DNA of 39,348 nt from Candidatus Bathyarchaeota archaeon (GTDB lineage Archaea > Thermoproteota > Bathyarchaeia > TCS64): assembly GCA_043826455.1 (NCBI GenBank), contig JBDRQD010000056.1, positions 1 through 39,348 on the forward strand, read 5' to 3'. This document shows, in pieces, positions 1-7,701 of the stretch. Each line of letters starts with the position of its first letter. The stretch's first letter is position 1. A program made the position numbers and the translations under genes. The notes beneath the pieces are model-generated. The model was given only the letters and a program-made list of their open reading frames with translations, was not told where the DNA came from and ran no database searches.

Positions 1-177
1 GGCCAGTAGGGCGATCTCCACGGGGATGATCCGTGTGGTCAGTGTGGAGTCGGGGAACGCCACGTAAAGGGTGGCGAGGCTGCCCAAAGTGGCCCAGAAC
101 ACGGCCTTGGTGAGGCTCTTGAAGTCTCCCCGGACGCCGGCTAGGGCGTCGCGTAACCGTCTACGTATCTGGCTCAC
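1..177 (-). CDS. Small membrane protein of the element (3'-truncated by the window)
   Basis: GTG at 177 overlaps the upstream TGA (GTGA), with GGAGGTG RBS; MSQIRRRLRDALAGVRGDFKSLTKAVFWATLGSLATLYVAFP...; not in the ORF track. Confidence 0.65.
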   Translation of the reverse strand, partial: MSQIRRRLRDALAGVRGDFKSLTKAVFWATLGSLATLYVAFPDSTLTTRIIPVEIALLA

Positions 178-485
178 GCCACCACCTCCAGGGGCTTGGC
201 CTTCATGGGTGAGCCGCATGATGGGCAGTAGTTGGGGTTAGGGCTGGCCTTGCCGCACGACGGGCAGGTGGGCAGAGGGGCCCACTTGAAGCCGATGTCT
301 GAAACATTTTCATCCACAGCGTACCCACTCTTGTCGGGACTGACTGCTGAGAAGTAAAGGTCCATTTTCTGGATGCGTTTCAGCCGCTTCAGGCAGACGG
401 GGCCGATGCCGCGCTTCACGCTTATCGGGTCGGTGAGCTTGCGCCCACACACCATGCACCGGGTGACGACAACTACCGTGGTCAT
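174..485 (-). CDS. DUF6011-like Zn-binding protein with C-terminal zinc ribbon
   Basis: ATG at 485 (ATGA overlap); CMVCGRKLTDPISVKRGIGPVC matches the phage DUF6011 pattern; C-terminal CPSC...CPSC. Only the last 103 aa of the 302-aa track ORF look real. Confidence 0.8.
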   Translation of the reverse strand: MTTVVVVTRCMVCGRKLTDPISVKRGIGPVCLKRLKRIQKMDLYFSAVSPDKSGYAVDENVSDIGFKWAPLPTCPSCGKASPNPNYCPSCGSPMKAKPLEVVA

Positions 486-973
486 GCCTGGGCCTCCCTT
501 GTCTGGATGAAGGGAAGCATAGCCTGGTCCGGGTCCTTGATGCTCTGCTTGATGGAGTCGCCCAGGGTGCCCTGTCTGCCGTCGGGTAGCTGCATGACGA
601 TGTTGGCGGTGAACTCCTCCACCAGGTCCGTGATGCCCAGCTTGACGGCCTGGGTGCGCCGCGCCAGGTAGTCGTAGAAGAACCGCCACCCCACCTCGGG
701 CAGCGGCTTGGGTGGCCCCCGCTTCATCTTCTGGTGGACCTCGGGGACCTCTAGCTTGAAGTGTATCACCCGCTTCATGCTCCCGTCCTCGGTGTCCAGG
801 ACCATCTCGATGAGCACCATGTCGGCGCCGTCCCGCTTCACCAGCGCATAGTCCAGGCCCGCCTCGGTGAGGAGGCCAGCCACCATGCCTTTGAGTTTGG
901 CCACGTCCTTCTTGGTGGCGTATCCTGGGATGGTTTTCAGTTGCTGGGCGGTGAGAACGATCTTCCGAGTCAC
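482..973 (-). CDS. Conserved phage-type hypothetical protein
   Basis: GTG at 973 overlaps the upstream stop; YAT...WRFFYDYL...EEF..IV...G.T pattern resembles an uncharacterised phage/prophage family. Confidence 0.75.
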   Translation of the reverse strand: MTRKIVLTAQQLKTIPGYATKKDVAKLKGMVAGLLTEAGLDYALVKRDGADMVLIEMVLDTEDGSMKRVIHFKLEVPEVHQKMKRGPPKPLPEVGWRFFYDYLARRTQAVKLGITDLVEEFTANIVMQLPDGRQGTLGDSIKQSIKDPDQAMLPFIQTREAQA

Positions 974-1203
974 GCCAGCTCCCTCCAAATCTTGGGCAGG
1001 GCCATGTCGTAGCCACACTTCGGATTTTCACAGTGGACGTAGACCCACTGCTTCTCCTCGAAGCCCTCCACATGGTAGCCACCGTCGTGGGGTCCCCAGA
1101 GGTCCAGGCCGCTTCCCTTCAGAACCTTCCCGCAGATGCAGGTCGGCCTCTTCTCGTCTATCAGGGCGACCAGCCTCTCTAGGCTGAGAACCTGCTCACT
1201 CAT
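970..1203 (-). CDS. Small Zn-finger protein
   Basis: CxC...HDGGYHVEGFEEKQWVYVHCENPKCGY; coupled to both neighbours. Confidence 0.75.
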   Translation of the reverse strand: MSEQVLSLERLVALIDEKRPTCICGKVLKGSGLDLWGPHDGGYHVEGFEEKQWVYVHCENPKCGYDMALPKIWRELA

Positions 1204-1528
1204 GGCCTATCTCCTCCAGCCGCTTGAGGCTCCATGTCTCCATGAACTCGGCGTCAGCTCCGGCCAGCCACTCGCCCAGGCCCTCTTTCTTGGCCTCCAG
1301 CTTCAGGTACGCAAGGTAGTCGGTGACTCGGGGGGTGGTCTTGTTGACGACTATGATCCAGCCGAATACGGCTACGACTGCTAGGAGTGCACCAGGCACC
1401 TGCAGGATAATGGCCCGGGGGTACGTGTTGGCTAGCAGCAGCATCAGGACCCCCATCCCGCCAGCGGTCAGGGCCATCCAGGAGAGGTGGCCCCGGTTCT
1501 CGATGAGCCACGGGTCAGGCGTCCTCAT
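1196..1528 (-). CDS. Two-TM membrane protein
   Basis: ATG at 1528 (ATGA overlap); two hydrophobic segments and a charged C-terminus. Confidence 0.7.
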   Translation of the reverse strand: MRTPDPWLIENRGHLSWMALTAGGMGVLMLLLANTYPRAIILQVPGALLAVVAVFGWIIVVNKTTPRVTDYLAYLKLEAKKEGLGEWLAGADAEFMETWSLKRLEEIGHE

Positions 1529-1695
1529 GCCTCGGCCTCCTCGGGGTTGCCCAGCAGCCACCTCACAGCCTGCCGCTTGGTGGTGATGACTGCCCCGGCT
1601 CTCCCGGCCCTCAGTAAAGCGTCCAGGCCTCCCACGAGGCCTAGGGCGAGTCCCAGGGCGAAGCCCATCGCCGCGGATACGAAGGGGTCACTCAT
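1525..1695 (-). CDS. Small single-TM protein
   Basis: ATG at 1695 (ATGA overlap); Gly-rich hydrophobic helix MGFALGLALGLVGG. Confidence 0.65.
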   Translation of the reverse strand: MSDPFVSAAMGFALGLALGLVGGLDALLRAGRAGAVITTKRQAVRWLLGNPEEAEA

Positions 1696-1931
1696 GGGGC
1701 GCCCTCCAAGCATGCAGCTTCCTCGCGGACGGGGCCCACGGGGGCTTCCAGCGGCTCTCCTTTGATCCTCCTCATGGAGGCCACCTCGCGCAGAACCAAT
1801 CCCATCCCGTGGCGTATAGCCTCGCTCCTCGTCAGGTAGTAGCCCTTGATGGCGGCGTCAAACCGGTCAAGGCACCCGTCCTGGACCAGCAGCCAGATGC
1901 GGCTCTTCCGGGGGTTATGTGTCTCACACAA
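1692..1931 (-). CDS. Ribbon-helix-helix (CopG-like) regulator
   Basis: RIWLLV beta strand, then LDRFD...YYLTRSEAIR; first gene of the leftward operon. Confidence 0.75.
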   Translation of the reverse strand: MCETHNPRKSRIWLLVQDGCLDRFDAAIKGYYLTRSEAIRHGMGLVLREVASMRRIKGEPLEAPVGPVREEAACLEGAP

Positions 1932-1959
1932 CGCTTCTCAGGTCTAGGGTGGCTCAGGG

Positions 1960-2005
1960 GGCCGATAAACACCGAGCTACTATTGGACACCCCCTTCGAT
2001 ACACC
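1960..2005 (-). promoter_or_regulatory. Bipartite promoter/operator, copy 1
   Basis: Minus strand GGTGTATCGA-N20-TCGGTGTTTATCGGCC upstream of the RHH gene; near-identical copy at 2739-2784. Confidence 0.6.
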
Positions 2006-2078
2006 ATTAAACGCACAATGGATTCTAAACACGTCCATAAAAATTCGTGGAATAGACAATGCAACGCCCCATGGGAAG

Positions 2079-2106
2079 CAGGATTAACCGAAAATTGTTA
2101 ATCCTG
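2079..2106. repeat. Perfect 10-8-10 inverted repeat
   Basis: CAGGATTAAC-CGAAAATT-GTTAATCCTG. Confidence 0.8.
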
Positions 2107-2342
2107 AAACGGGGGTCGGAGGCAGGTCCTGGAGACTCTGTAGACGCCCTTTTGGTGCCAGATACGCATCCATGACCCGGGTTTCCGTCCGTGTAACTTT
2201 ACTTCGCCCAGTTAACGCTAGGTTCACCTGCCTCCCCTCTCCTGGACGGCGTTCAACTTTTACATGGAGAGCCTGATGCTTACCTTGAAGACGCGCCGGG
2301 GGGCGCCCCTCCCAGCGCCATTGACACTGGGGCGTGTGGGTT

Positions 2343-2492
2343 GTGAAGAAACTTAAGAGGATAGTATTGCTGGTCCCGGAGAGCTTCCTCGAGGCCTTCG
2401 ACATAAAGACTAGGGGGCTCTACACTAGCCGCAACGAGGCCATAAGGATAGGGATGAAGCAGCTAATGGAGGTGAGTAGCAAAGAGCCGTAG
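2343..2492 (+). CDS. Ribbon-helix-helix regulator, 49 aa, paralog of 1692-1931
   Basis: MKKLKRIVLLVPESFLEAFDIKTRGLYTSRNEAIRIGMKQLMEVSSKEP; aligns without gaps to the other RHH; below the ORF-track cutoff. Confidence 0.8.
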   Translation: MKKLKRIVLLVPESFLEAFDIKTRGLYTSRNEAIRIGMKQLMEVSSKEP

Positions 2493-2738
2493 CCCCAGCC
2501 CCATCCACGGAGGCCCATAAATGGCTACTCCATCCACCCTTCTACGCGCCGGGCCTTACTCCTCGGCTGACCCGTCGAAGCTGGGGGGGCCAACCTGTTT
2601 TACCGGTCTGCCCTTATTGGACCAGCTTAAGCATCTACCTGTTTTATTTAAACCTGTTAATCTCCCCGCTCAGTGATCATAGAATGTTTATCTTCCTGCA
2701 ACTTCAGGGTACTTTTTCTGGTTCCCTGTGCGTGGATG

Positions 2739-2784
2739 GGGGTATCGAGTATACCATGGAGTACAACATCGGTGTTTATCAGCC
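2739..2784 (+). promoter_or_regulatory. Bipartite promoter/operator, copy 2
   Basis: GGGGTATCGA-N20-TCGGTGTTTATCAGCC; the TTTATC box ends about 25 nt before ATG 2805. Confidence 0.6.
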
Positions 2785-2804
2785 TCTTTTCCCATTATCG
2801 GTTG

Positions 2805-3023
2805 ATGACCGTCTCAGCCACGGAGACCAGGGCAGAATACCCGGGAGAGCCGCACCTGACTGGTCGCACAGTTCGTCTGGAGCAGCTTAAGCGGTTCGCC
2901 CTCGGAATGCCCCCGTCGTCCACCTTGCGAAGCATATTACTGGCTGAGAAGGACAATCTGACGGCGGATGACTTCCTTGTAAAGATGGACACCTGGTTGA
3001 GGCTAGCTCAACTCGAAAATTAG
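2805..3023 (+). CDS. Small helical hypothetical protein convergent with the integrase
   Basis: ATG at 2805 lies a leaderless-type distance from the TATA-like box; LKRFA..MP..STLR.ILL.EKD.L...DFLVKM.TWL looks protein-like. Confidence 0.7.
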   Translation: MTVSATETRAEYPGEPHLTGRTVRLEQLKRFALGMPPSSTLRSILLAEKDNLTADDFLVKMDTWLRLAQLEN

Positions 3024-3080
3024 AACAGCTTTATGTCACCAGAAAATAATACGTGTTCCATGTAACAATACATGTGAGTT

Positions 3081-4397
3081 TTAGGGTAGTCTTAGGATGG
3101 CTTTCTCGTCATTCAGCTTAGCCACGAAGTTCCAGCCACGGGACAGAAACTCTTCAACGTCGTCAAGGTTGACGACCCGCTGACTGTTCCCGTTATTCAC
3201 CATCGAACCAAGAAGCTTTTTACGCACAGTCTCCTGGAACTCAGAGTCATCCATCGACATGTCCAGCTCATCGATCTCCTCACCGCTGAACCCAGCCACA
3301 AGCAACAGCTGACGACGCAACGCGTCCCTAAGCCTATCCTCCGAGACACCCTGCCTACCCGTCTCAAGGTACTCAATGCTACGCCGGTAGGCTTCCCTCA
3401 TGTCCTCTATGACATTCTCGGGGAGCCTACCCTTGTTGGTGGTATACCGTGCCTCAATGTCACCCTTATGACCCATGAAGAACTGGCGGTAAGCATGAGC
3501 AATCTTACCGTTGTTCTCGGCCACCAGCAGCTGGGTGTCAAAGTAGGCTCTGAGCACATATGGTCGCCACTTGTACTTGGGGCGCATGGCGTCCCTGATC
3601 TCCTTCGTAAGGGTCTTCGTGGTTATGTGCATGCTGTCTCTGCCCGCCTCGCCCCTGTACCCGGTCTCTACGTAGCCCTCCTTGTAGGTTATCACAGCTG
3701 AGCCTGACTCAAGTTTCTCCCCTGACGCGAGCCGCTTCTCCAGGTAAGCCTTGAGGTGCTCGCATCCTTCGGGGCCGAGGAAGGTGAAGTACTTGTGCCT
3801 GGCCTTGCTCAGCTCGGGCCTGACTGCGACCATGGTGGGTGTCTTGGTGAAGGTGGCTTCTTTGCCGTTGATCTCCAGTTCGGGAAGGTCACCTACCTTA
3901 AGTCCTTCACTTCCTACGCTGTTACCGAGCACTTCGGGTCGTAGGCCGCTGAAGGCCATCAGCGAGACGCTCACCTTGCCCCTGTCAGAGGAGTAGCCCA
4001 GGATCTGTTTCAGCTCGTCCTTCATGGGTACCCGCTCGTCTTCGATGGTGGGTGTTCTGCCTGTGTTCCTTATCTTGATTCTTCTGATGAGGGTGATCTC
4101 GTTGAACTGGAGCCAGCTCTTCACCGTCTTCAGGTAAGCCTCAATGTATGTTGGAGCCTTTCCTTCTTGTTCCATCCTGGTTACGAAGTCGAGGAGGAGG
4201 TCCTCGAAGGCTCTCCTGTCGCTCGTAGCCTGATCAATTATGCTCTGGGGCGTCATGTCGTGCATATTCATGAACCTGTAGAGCACGCGGGCGTTCTCCT
4301 TGGCTGTTATGATGCTTCCCCGTGCGAGGTTCTCGTGCCATCGCTTGAAGTCGGGGTACTCGTCCAGGAGGCTTCTCCATCTGGCTACAATAGGCAT
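3081..4397 (-). CDS. Tyrosine recombinase/integrase
   Basis: SGLRP (catalytic R), K in LSKARH, RPYVLR (YxxR at the HxxR position), MGH...Y nucleophile; adjacent to a tRNA. Confidence 0.95.
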   Translation of the reverse strand: MPIVARWRSLLDEYPDFKRWHENLARGSIITAKENARVLYRFMNMHDMTPQSIIDQATSDRRAFEDLLLDFVTRMEQEGKAPTYIEAYLKTVKSWLQFNEITLIRRIKIRNTGRTPTIEDERVPMKDELKQILGYSSDRGKVSVSLMAFSGLRPEVLGNSVGSEGLKVGDLPELEINGKEATFTKTPTMVAVRPELSKARHKYFTFLGPEGCEHLKAYLEKRLASGEKLESGSAVITYKEGYVETGYRGEAGRDSMHITTKTLTKEIRDAMRPKYKWRPYVLRAYFDTQLLVAENNGKIAHAYRQFFMGHKGDIEARYTTNKGRLPENVIEDMREAYRRSIEYLETGRQGVSEDRLRDALRRQLLLVAGFSGEEIDELDMSMDDSEFQETVRKKLLGSMVNNGNSQRVVNLDDVEEFLSRGWNFVAKLNDEKAILRLP

Positions 4398-4427
4398 CTA
4401 GGGCACCTGGTAGAGGCTCGGTGGATT

Positions 4428-4446
4428 CATTATAAATGCTTTTTGA
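4428..4446 (-). promoter_or_regulatory. BRE/TATA promoter of the integrase
   Basis: Minus strand CAAAAAGCATTTATAA about 30 nt upstream of ATG 4397. Confidence 0.55.
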
Positions 4447-4459
4447 TTAAAGTTTTAGG

Positions 4460-4532
4460 TGGACTGGGGGGGAATTGAACCCCCGACCTCCTGGATGCAA
4501 GCCAGGCATTCATACCACTGAACTACCAGCCC
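4460..4532 (-). tRNA. tRNA-Ala (UGC), intronless, no encoded CCA
   Basis: GGGCTGG/CCAGTCC acceptor stem with G3:U70 Ala identity pair; anticodon arm CCTGG-CTTGCAT-CCAGG; T loop GGTTCAATTCC; discriminator A. Confidence 0.95.
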
Positions 4533-4613
4533 TCAAACCCCAGAGAAGCCCTGCAGTCCATAAAAAGGTTTAGCATCACAGCCTTCATAAGCCATAACGC
4601 ACCAGAAACAGGG

Positions 4614-5297
4614 ATGCAGCAGGTAGACACCATAATCTTCGACCTGGACGGCACCCTCATCGACAGCAACATCAACTACGAGAAACTAGGCACAACCATA
4701 GCCGACATCCTCCGCACCCACGGCTACCAGGGCCCCCTAGAAGACCGCAGAGCCGTCTACAGAGTCATCCGAGGCGGTGAGAAAGAACTCATAGAAAACG
4801 GCCTCACAGGCCCACCCCTCAAAGAAGCCCTCCGCAGAATAGAGCTCGCCATGAACCAGGCAGAGCTGGAGGCCCTACCCACCAACACCCTCAGACCCAA
4901 CGCAGCCGACACCATCAAGACCCTCCACCAGGCCGGCCTAAAACTGGGCATAGCCACCCGCAGCCACCGAGACTACACAGACAGAAGCCTCCAAGCCCTC
5001 GGCCTCACCCAGTACTTCACCACAGTCGTAGCCAGGGACGACACCCCCACCCCCAAGCCCCACCCAGGCCACCTCCTCCAAGCCATCAGCCAACTAGGCT
5101 CAGAGAAGACCAGCACCATATACGTTGGCGACACCACCACCGACCTGGAGACCGCACAGGCAGCAACCGTGACCTTCATAGGCTACTGGCGCGACGACCA
5201 GTGGGCCCAGCGCCTCCTCGACGCCGGGTGCAAAACAATCATAAAAGACCTTAAGGAGCTGGTGGCCTTGGCGGGGGCCAGCCGCCCCCTACCTTGA
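4614..5297 (+). CDS. HAD family hydrolase (phosphoglycolate phosphatase-like)
   Basis: FDLDGTLID, KPHP and YVGD...D motifs. Confidence 0.9.
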   Translation: MQQVDTIIFDLDGTLIDSNINYEKLGTTIADILRTHGYQGPLEDRRAVYRVIRGGEKELIENGLTGPPLKEALRRIELAMNQAELEALPTNTLRPNAADTIKTLHQAGLKLGIATRSHRDYTDRSLQALGLTQYFTTVVARDDTPTPKPHPGHLLQAISQLGSEKTSTIYVGDTTTDLETAQAATVTFIGYWRDDQWAQRLLDAGCKTIIKDLKELVALAGASRPLP

Positions 5298-5987
5298 CCT
5301 GGAGGTGCTCACCCTGGGCCCCAGGAGCACCCACAGCCAGTCCACGAACTCCCGCAGGTTCTTAGTCTGCACATACACCTCACCAGGCCCGTCAATATAG
5401 GTAACGAAGCCCTCACCGCTCAGGATGGTGTCCTTCCACCCCCCGAACTTGCGCACCTCGTACTGGCAGGTGTCGCTGAACGCCGCCAGGTGGAAGTTGT
5501 CCACCACCAGCTGCTCCCCCGCCCCCAGCACATGCTTATCGATGGCCCCGAAGGTGTTCACAAAGAGGTCCCCCGCCCCGGACACCTTCACCATGAAGAG
5601 ACCCTGCCCGAAGATACCCCGGCTAAACCCTTCCCACCTCACATCCAAGTCCACGCCGTGGGTGGACGCCAGGTACCCCGACCTGGCCACCACCCAGCCC
5701 TTCCCCGGGGCCACAGGCAGCTTCGTGATGTCCCCTATGGGGGCCGCCACAAGGGCCAGCCTGCCCTGGCCGCCCCTCGCCGTGAAGTCCGTGACGAAGA
5801 GGCTCTGCCCACCCAGGATACTGGTCTTCAATGTGCCCAGGATGCTTCTCTCCCTAGCCCTGGCGTTTACCTCAATGTTGGGGGTCATGTAGGTGAGGGA
5901 CCCGCCCTCCCCTGTCACCGTCTCCCCCGGCTCAAGGGTGACCTCCAGCATGCTATAGCTTGGCTGATACTTGATCTCAAACTTCAA
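5289..5987 (-). CDS. TIGR00266/AIM24 family protein
   Basis: PSYSMLEVTL.PGE, GGQSLF, VVDNFHL.AF, SGEG...GPG.VYVQTKN. Confidence 0.9.
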   Translation of the reverse strand: MKFEIKYQPSYSMLEVTLEPGETVTGEGGSLTYMTPNIEVNARARERSILGTLKTSILGGQSLFVTDFTARGGQGRLALVAAPIGDITKLPVAPGKGWVVARSGYLASTHGVDLDVRWEGFSRGIFGQGLFMVKVSGAGDLFVNTFGAIDKHVLGAGEQLVVDNFHLAAFSDTCQYEVRKFGGWKDTILSGEGFVTYIDGPGEVYVQTKNLREFVDWLWVLLGPRVSTSRSR

Positions 5988-6054
5988 ACCGTCTCACATG
6001 GTACCTGTTGGCGAGCAGACTTTTAAAGGGTGGTCGAGGGGGCCACCCGCAGCC

Positions 6055-6402
6055 TCACCCCTGCTTCCTCTTGCTTATGCTGTACGCGTCTACGGCCGAC
6101 GCCACCGCTAAGATAGCCCCGACGATGATGATCTGCTCGTAGCTCATGTAGCCGCTGGCCACCAGGCTGAACATGAAGGCCAGCCCGAAGAAGCCCAGGC
6201 CTCTCCGCCACTCACCTAGGTACACGTGGCCCAGGCCGGTAATCAGAAGCGAGAGCACCACCGCCACCCAGGTCCGCCTGTTTGTCTTCTTGGGCATCCC
6301 TAGCAGCCGTGGCTGCTCCTCTCCACACAAGGGGCAGAAAGCCTCCTCGTAGGGGATCATGGTGCCGCAGCGGGGGCAGAACTTGCCCCCTTCCTCGGTC
6401 AT
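6055..6402 (-). CDS. Zinc-ribbon plus TM2-like membrane protein
   Basis: FCPRCG...FCPLCG followed by LSLLITGLGHVYLG. Confidence 0.85.
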   Translation of the reverse strand: MTEEGGKFCPRCGTMIPYEEAFCPLCGEEQPRLLGMPKKTNRRTWVAVVLSLLITGLGHVYLGEWRRGLGFFGLAFMFSLVASGYMSYEQIIIVGAILAVASAVDAYSISKRKQG

Positions 6403-6524
6403 CCCTCGAGGATGTCGCTATCATCCTGTTTTAGGTAGTAGTAGGCGGCGCTTAGAACCCTGTAAAGGAAGTACAGGCTGGGGATAATAGCTACCACATA
6501 CGCTACCCACTGGATGGCGCTCAT
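6399..6524 (-). CDS. 41-aa single-TM protein
   Basis: MSAIQWVAYVVAIIPSLYFLYRVLSAAYYYLKQDDSDILEG; ATGA-coupled to the next gene; TTTTATA about 30 nt upstream. Confidence 0.65.
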   Translation of the reverse strand: MSAIQWVAYVVAIIPSLYFLYRVLSAAYYYLKQDDSDILEG

Positions 6525-6564
6525 ATCGTTCTGCCCAGCATTGGGGTCGCGCCACTATAAAACC

Positions 6565-7662
6565 TTATGATGGTAACAAGAGAGACGGAAAGTCCAGCCG
6601 CGTGTAGCTGCCCCCGCACGGCGGCCCCTTTGTCAGCCACAACGCCCTATCCTCCAAGTCCATCACGACGCTGGTGAGGGTCTCCTCTTGCTGGTCAGGC
6701 TCCTTCCTGGGGTCCTGGTGGAAGCAGACGCTGCCCGGGTACCCCACGTGGCTGCGAAGCACATCCATGAACGACTCTGGGCTGTGCCCCCCGGCTCCTC
6801 TGACAAGCCCTTCCCTGGCCACCAGGAACCTGTGAACCGTACTGGGGTCCGCCTTCAGGTACTCGTCGTGTACCGTCACCGCCCTAGGACCCATGAAGTG
6901 GTTGGTGTGAGCCAGTACCCCTGCCTCCGGAAGAAGTATGTCGGCGCCGCCGGGGTGGGCCTCAAGGTCAAGCACGGCGCCCTCGCACCCAAGCACCACG
7001 TTGTAGGACACTGTCCTCTCCGTGTTCAGGAAAACCTTCATTGCCTCACTGAGATTGTCGCGGCCCAGCATCTCCCTGCACACCAGGAAGAAGGGGGCAG
7101 AGTCCCCCAGCCTGTCCCTGTTCGATACCATGGCGTTGAGGGTTAGACCCAGCCCAGCGGAGTTCATGCCCTTGTGGCCTATGATCCCCGCCTCTGTGTG
7201 CATAACCACGGCGGGCGCCCCGTCCCTTTTCACCTCAAGCACTATGCATGTGTCCCTGACGCCGAGCCTGTAGTCCCAGTTCTGGGCCAGCAGCGTGTCC
7301 CCGAACCTGGTGGCCGTGGGCATGGCCCCGATGGATGTGCATCCCCCCATGAGTTGTACTGGGCTCGCCCAGGCCAGCTCGTACCTGCCGTTCAAGGCCA
7401 GCACCGTCTCCACGGCTACATCGGAGCCGTCGGCGACCCCGCGGACCTCTTCTAGGAGAGCTGGGTTGAATCTCTTCACCGTGTCGGCGAGCTCGGAGCC
7501 CCGCCTCTCTACATCTTCCTTGTTAAGCCCTAGGTTCCTCTGCCAGTAGCCCAGGTAGTATTCTACGTTGGCTCGTACCTTCTCTCCGGCCTCCTCTCCG
7601 TGCTGCAGGCCGCACTCGTAGGCTGAGCCCTCGACCGAGACCACGGGGTAGGGTGACTCCAT
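6565..7662 (-). CDS. Peptidase C45 / Ntn-hydrolase acyltransferase family
   Basis: YECG.QHG, autocleavage site GG|CTS, AQNWD, GMNS.GL, HTNHF. Confidence 0.9.
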   Translation of the reverse strand: MESPYPVVSVEGSAYECGLQHGEEAGEKVRANVEYYLGYWQRNLGLNKEDVERRGSELADTVKRFNPALLEEVRGVADGSDVAVETVLALNGRYELAWASPVQLMGGCTSIGAMPTATRFGDTLLAQNWDYRLGVRDTCIVLEVKRDGAPAVVMHTEAGIIGHKGMNSAGLGLTLNAMVSNRDRLGDSAPFFLVCREMLGRDNLSEAMKVFLNTERTVSYNVVLGCEGAVLDLEAHPGGADILLPEAGVLAHTNHFMGPRAVTVHDEYLKADPSTVHRFLVAREGLVRGAGGHSPESFMDVLRSHVGYPGSVCFHQDPRKEPDQQEETLTSVVMDLEDRALWLTKGPPCGGSYTRLDFPSLLLPS

Positions 7663-7701
7663 GGTAAATAGTTAGTTGATAGTTTCTTAAGGCGTTGGGT
7701 G

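Larger units (their letters stand above)
1..4500. mobile_element. Right end of a tRNA-Ala-integrated provirus/integrative element (continues left of the window)
   Basis: Tyrosine integrase starts 63 bp from the tRNA 3' end; dense, translationally coupled small ORFs (DUF6011-like, Zn fingers, RHH, membrane proteins); housekeeping genes resume beyond the tRNA. The second att site was not found in the window. Confidence 0.85.

Noticed and set aside
486..1082. N-terminal 199 aa of the 302-aa track ORF 174..1082
   Set aside because: Low-complexity Arg/Gly/His shadow frame overlapping two better ORFs; the real gene starts at ATG 485
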